Shown here: in pieces, positions 59,748 to 64,000 of the stretch
Numbering within the stretch: the stretch's first letter is position 1
Layout: each line of letters starts with the position of its first letter
DNA from: Gemmatales bacterium
GTDB taxonomy: Bacteria > Planctomycetota > Planctomycetia > Gemmatales > HRBIN36
Reading direction: 5' to 3'
Assembly: GCA_041640595.1 (NCBI GenBank)
Contig: JBEPZY010000003.1
Coordinates: 412,342 to 476,341, forward strand
DNA length: 64,000 nucleotides
The notes under the pieces: generated by a model
The model's input: the letters and a program-made list of their open reading frames with translations, nothing else
Database searches by the model: none
Told to the model about the DNA's origin: nothing
Program-made: the position numbers and the translations under genes

Positions 59748-62633
59748 ATGGAGGTCGTCAAGTTGCCAGAGGAACGCACAATCCCCAGCGGAACTGGAAC
59801 GCCGACACCGCCCGGCGATGGAGCCACGCTCACACCGCCCGGTGATGCCGGCCGGGTGTTGCTTTTAAACATCGAAGATGAGCTCAAGGCGAGCTACCTC
59901 AGCTACGCCATGAGCGTCATCGTCAGCCGTGCTTTGCCCGATGTGCGCGATGGGTTGAAGCCATCGCAGCGGCGAATTCTGGTGGCGATGAACGATCTTA
60001 ACCTGGGCCCGACCGCACCGCGGGTCAAATGTTCCAAAATCTGCGGCGAAACTATGGGTAATTATCACCCCCACGGCGACGCCGCCATTTACCCGACCTT
60101 GGTCCGCATGGCCCAGGAATGGAACATGCGGCACGTCTTGATTGACAAGCAGGGCAACTTCGGTTCGCTGGCCGGGTTACCCCCAGCCGCCATGCGTTAC
60201 ACGGAAGCCCGCCTTTCACCCATCGCTGCCGAAATGCTCGACGACCTCGACAAAGACACCGTGGACATGGTGCCCAATTACGATGGTCGTCGGCTCGAAC
60301 CCACCGTGTTGCCCAGCCGGTTCCCGAACCTGATCGTCAACGGTTCCGATGGTATCGCCGTCGGCATGGCTACCAGTATTCCACCGCACAATCTCCGCGA
60401 GGTCTGCGATGCCCTGATCCGCCTCATTGACCAACCGCAAACCACCATCGAACAACTCATGGAAATCATCCCCGGCCCGGATTTTCCGACCGGCGGCGTG
60501 ATCTGCGGTCGTCAGGGCATCCTCGAAGGCTACCGTACCGGTCGGGGCAAGATCGTCATCCGCGCTCGCGCACGAATTGAGGAGGAAGGCAACCGCACGC
60601 AGATCATCATCACCGACATCCCCTTCCAGCAGACCCGCAACCGCATCATGGAAGCGATCGGCGAAGCGATCCGCAACGAAAAAATCACCGGCATCCAGGG
60701 CGCTCCCCGCGACGAAAGCAGCGAACGGCGTGGCGAACCCGTGCGCATCGTGCTCGACCTCAAACGTGAAGCCGACCCCAATATCGTCCTCAACCAGCTC
60801 TATCAATACACGCCATTGCAGGAAACTTACAGCATCATCCTGCTCGCTCTGGTAGATGGCCGACCGCGTTTGCTCAACCTGAAGCAACTCCTTGAGGAAT
60901 TCCTGCGGCATCGCGTGCGTGTCATCCGCCGACGCACCGAGTTTTTGCTGCGGGAAGCCAAACGCCGCGCCCACATCCTCGAAGGCCAGCTTATCGCGCT
61001 GGCTTCACTCGATCAGGTCATCGAAATTTGCCGCACCTCTCCCAGCCGGGCGGAGGCCAAGAATCGGCTGCGCGGCCTGGTAGTTTCCGCAGCGCTGATG
61101 GAGCGGGCGCTGGGAGCGGAAGCTTTTGCCGCTCTTCAGCGGGAAATCGGTCCGCGAGACACCTACAGCATGTCCGAAGAGCAGGCCGAGGCGGTGGTAC
61201 GCATGCAACTCGGCCAGCTCGCCGCTCTCGAACGCGACGAAATTGTCCAGGAGTACGCTCAACTCCGCACGCAAATTTCCGAACATGAACGCCTCCTCAG
61301 CGATGAACATAACATCCTGGCCGTCATTCGCAAAGAGCTCGAAGACCTCCGCGACCGTTACGCCGACGACCGCCGTACTCAAATCCTCGACACGCCACCT
61401 TCTGAAGTTCGCCTCGAAGACCTCATCGCCGAAGAACTCAATGTCGTCAGCATCAGCCACAAAGGCTACATCAAACGCTTACCGCTCAACACCTACAGGG
61501 CACAGCATCGCGGCGGCAAAGGCGTGACCGGTGCCCAGCCCCACGAGGACGATTTTCTCGAACACCTTTTCGTGGCTTCTACGCACGCCTACTTGCTCTT
61601 TTTCACCAGCACCGGCCGGGTCTATTGGCTCAAAGTCTATGACATTCCGCAACTCAGCCGCACCTCTCCTGGCCGGGCCATTGTCAACCTCCTGTCACTC
61701 AAGCCGGAGGAGAAAATTACCAGCGTCATTCCGGTGCGGCGTTTCGACCCGCATCGCTATTTGCTCATGGCCACCCGCCAGGGTCTGGTCAAGAAAACTC
61801 CCCTGGAAGCCTACAGCCGTCCCAAGAGCGGCGGTATCATCGGCATCCATCTCGAAGAGGGTGATAGTCTGGTCAGCACCGTCCTTACGCAGGAAGGTGA
61901 CGAAGTTGTGCTGAGCACACGCCAGGGCATGGCCATTCGCTTCGCGGAATCGGATGTGCGACCCATGGGTCGGAATAGTCGCGGCGTCAAAGGAATCACG
62001 CTCGAAGCCGATGATGCAGTGGTCGGCATGGTGGTTGCCGATCCCGAGGGATACCTCCTGACCGTTTGCGAAAATGGCTTCGGCAAACGCACACCCTTCG
62101 GACCCAACGAAGGCCCGGCCGCTGCCGAGTCCCACCTCGAAGAGGAAGTTGCAGAAAGCGACCTGCCGGAAACCGAGCCAGTGGATGCATCGGCCGACGA
62201 CGCGACCACCAGCCGTTCCAGCATGCGTTACCGTGTGCAACGCCGGGGCGGCAAAGGTCTGCGCGACATCAAGACCTCCGAACGCAACGGCCCTGTGGTG
62301 GCTGTGCTCAGCGTTCGTGACGGCGACGAAATGATGCTGATCACCCAGCAAGGCATGGTCACACGTATCCGTGTGGACGAAGTACGGGTCACGGGCCGAA
62401 ATACCCTCGGTGTCCGCCTCATCCAGCTCAACGAGGGAGACCGCGTCGTGGGCGCTGCTAAAATCGCCCGCGAAGACTTGGATAGTCAGCTAGCCTCGAA
62501 TGCTCCTGCCACTGAGTCGCCTGCTCCTTCCTCGCCCGAAGCAGAGATTCCCTCGAGTGGAGAATCGGCTCCCGATAATGCTGTAAGTCCCGGCCATGCT
62601 GATTCTCCATCTACACACGAAACCAGCGACTGA
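59748..62633 (+). CDS. gyrA: DNA gyrase subunit A
   Basis: RALPDVRDGLKP, YHPHGD, AAMRYTE, GyrA-box QHRGGKG. Confidence 0.97.
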   Translation: MEVVKLPEERTIPSGTGTPTPPGDGATLTPPGDAGRVLLLNIEDELKASYLSYAMSVIVSRALPDVRDGLKPSQRRILVAMNDLNLGPTAPRVKCSKICGETMGNYHPHGDAAIYPTLVRMAQEWNMRHVLIDKQGNFGSLAGLPPAAMRYTEARLSPIAAEMLDDLDKDTVDMVPNYDGRRLEPTVLPSRFPNLIVNGSDGIAVGMATSIPPHNLREVCDALIRLIDQPQTTIEQLMEIIPGPDFPTGGVICGRQGILEGYRTGRGKIVIRARARIEEEGNRTQIIITDIPFQQTRNRIMEAIGEAIRNEKITGIQGAPRDESSERRGEPVRIVLDLKREADPNIVLNQLYQYTPLQETYSIILLALVDGRPRLLNLKQLLEEFLRHRVRVIRRRTEFLLREAKRRAHILEGQLIALASLDQVIEICRTSPSRAEAKNRLRGLVVSAALMERALGAEAFAALQREIGPRDTYSMSEEQAEAVVRMQLGQLAALERDEIVQEYAQLRTQISEHERLLSDEHNILAVIRKELEDLRDRYADDRRTQILDTPPSEVRLEDLIAEELNVVSISHKGYIKRLPLNTYRAQHRGGKGVTGAQPHEDDFLEHLFVASTHAYLLFFTSTGRVYWLKVYDIPQLSRTSPGRAIVNLLSLKPEEKITSVIPVRRFDPHRYLLMATRQGLVKKTPLEAYSRPKSGGIIGIHLEEGDSLVSTVLTQEGDEVVLSTRQGMAIRFAESDVRPMGRNSRGVKGITLEADDAVVGMVVADPEGYLLTVCENGFGKRTPFGPNEGPAAAESHLEEEVAESDLPETEPVDASADDATTSRSSMRYRVQRRGGKGLRDIKTSERNGPVVAVLSVRDGDEMMLITQQGMVTRIRVDEVRVTGRNTLGVRLIQLNEGDRVVGAAKIAREDLDSQLASNAPATESPAPSSPEAEIPSSGESAPDNAVSPGHADSPSTHETSD

Positions 62634-62694
62634 ATATAGAACCAGCCTTTCTCTAACATTCAGCCTGGCCGGGATATAATCCCTGGAGATAAAC

Positions 62695-63240
62695 ATGGAC
62701 CCTGCCGGATATCGCCATGTGCCACCGGGAACACGCATTCCCTCGGTTGTTAACGCCATTGTCGAAATCCCTAAAGGTCGCCGCAATAAGTTCGAGATCG
62801 ATAAGAAAACCGGACTGATCCGCCTCGATCGCTATCTTTATTCTTCCAGCCATTACCCCGGCGATTACGGCTTTATTCCCCAGACCTTAGCGGAGGATGG
62901 CGATTATTTAGACATATTGGTCATGGTCAACGAACCGACATTTAGTGGTTGTCTCATCGAAGCGCGGGTCATCGGACTGTTCAAGATGCGGGATCGCGGT
63001 GTCAATGACTATAAGATTCTCGCCGTGCCGCACACCGATCCTTTATTCGCAGAGATTCGTAAGCTGGACGATGTGCCGCAACATTATCTGAAAGAGGTAG
63101 AGCATTTCTTCGCCACCTATAAACAGTTAGAGGGCATCCACACCGAAACACTGGGCTGGGCCGGTCCGGAAGAAGCAACCGCAGAGGTGCGGGCCAGCGT
63201 GGACCGCTACTTAGAACATCTGCGGGAGTCCGTGCAATAG
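62695..63240 (+). CDS. ppa: Inorganic pyrophosphatase (family I)
   Basis: VEIPKG, YPGDYGFIPQT, DGDYLD, HFFATYK. Confidence 0.95.
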   Translation: MDPAGYRHVPPGTRIPSVVNAIVEIPKGRRNKFEIDKKTGLIRLDRYLYSSSHYPGDYGFIPQTLAEDGDYLDILVMVNEPTFSGCLIEARVIGLFKMRDRGVNDYKILAVPHTDPLFAEIRKLDDVPQHYLKEVEHFFATYKQLEGIHTETLGWAGPEEATAEVRASVDRYLEHLRESVQ

Positions 63241-63250
63241 GGATAGGAAT

Positions 63251-64000
63251 ATGCGAGTTCTCATTACCGGCGGTTTTGGCTGTATAGGTGCGTGGATCAT
63301 TAGAGAGCTAATTAGTCGTCAGGTACCGGTATTTGTTTACGACATCCGCGAAGACCGCCGCCGATTGCGTTTGATTATACAGGAATCGGAGCATCAACAA
63401 GCTACCTATATTAGCGGTGATATTACAGACCGCGAACGTTTAGAGGCTGTTTGCCGCGATTCAGGTATCAGTCACATCGTTCATTTAGCGGCGTTGCAGG
63501 TGCCTCTCTGCCGCGCAGATCCCATCCGCGGTGCTCAGGTCAACGTAATCGGTACGCTCAACGTCCTGGAAACCATGCGCCGCCTGAACGGGCAAATTCA
63601 GAACTTGGTTTACGCTAGTTCCGCTGCTGTTTACGGTCATCCGGAACGTTATGCCGGGAATCAAGACCTTGATGAAACCGCCCCGCTTATACCGGAAACG
63701 CATTATGGTGCCTATAAGGTCTGCAACGAACTTAATGCGCGGGTCTATTACTTAGAGCACGGAATGCCCAGCATCGGCCTGCGGCCGTGGACGGTGTATG
63801 GCGTGGGGCGTGATTTTGGCATGACCAGCGAACCGACGAAAGCTATCTTAGCGGTGGCGCTGGGTAAGCCTTACCGTATCAGTTACGGTGGCTGGCAGGA
63901 TTTCCAATACGCAGAGGATGTGGCTCGCGCATTTGTGCGTTGCTTAGAGCGACCAGCTCGGCAGGCCGTGGTTTATAACCTTCGCGGGGTCTTGGCCGAC
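63251..64000 (+). CDS. NAD-dependent epimerase/dehydratase (3' end runs off the window)
   Basis: Manual translation MRVLITGGFGCIGAW, HLAALQ, YASSAAVYG, YGAYK. Confidence 0.9.
   Translation, partial: MRVLITGGFGCIGAWIIRELISRQVPVFVYDIREDRRRLRLIIQESEHQQATYISGDITDRERLEAVCRDSGISHIVHLAALQVPLCRADPIRGAQVNVIGTLNVLETMRRLNGQIQNLVYASSAAVYGHPERYAGNQDLDETAPLIPETHYGAYKVCNELNARVYYLEHGMPSIGLRPWTVYGVGRDFGMTSEPTKAILAVALGKPYRISYGGWQDFQYAEDVARAFVRCLERPARQAVVYNLRGVLAD

Overview
GC-rich bacterial DNA with Planctomycetota hallmarks (DUF1501, DUF1549/DUF1553, LEDR-motif exoprotein, several PQQ-type propellers). Bases 1-15.6 kb are an accessory region downstream of the 3' end of tRNA-Arg(CCT). It holds a type III-D-like CRISPR effector operon (cas10, cas7, csx10, cas11, an embedded minimal nucleotidyltransferase, csx7), a 1681-aa HINT polymorphic toxin with an immunity gene and an orphan toxin/immunity cassette, and two decayed IS elements. 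The rest is mostly core genes (proC, HD-GYP, ppdK, comF, lnt, hisF, pilT, hisS, gyrA, ppa) plus REP/REPIN clusters. The most notable observations are: (1) an unannotated selenoprotein candidate with C-UGA-xxx-C and a SECIS-like hairpin at 50.6-51.0 kb; (2) about ten unrelated loci with short direct repeats at a roughly 58-74 bp period, resembling CRISPR geometry but each with its own repeat sequence; (3) a Cas10 with a non-permuted HD domain and an MNT gene coupled inside the operon; (4) a HINT-anchored toxin-swap cassette and a possible (TC)n frameshift switch at the toxin start; (5) REP palindromes translated in frame inside a protein. All family assignments come from motif recognition by eye; no database searches were run.
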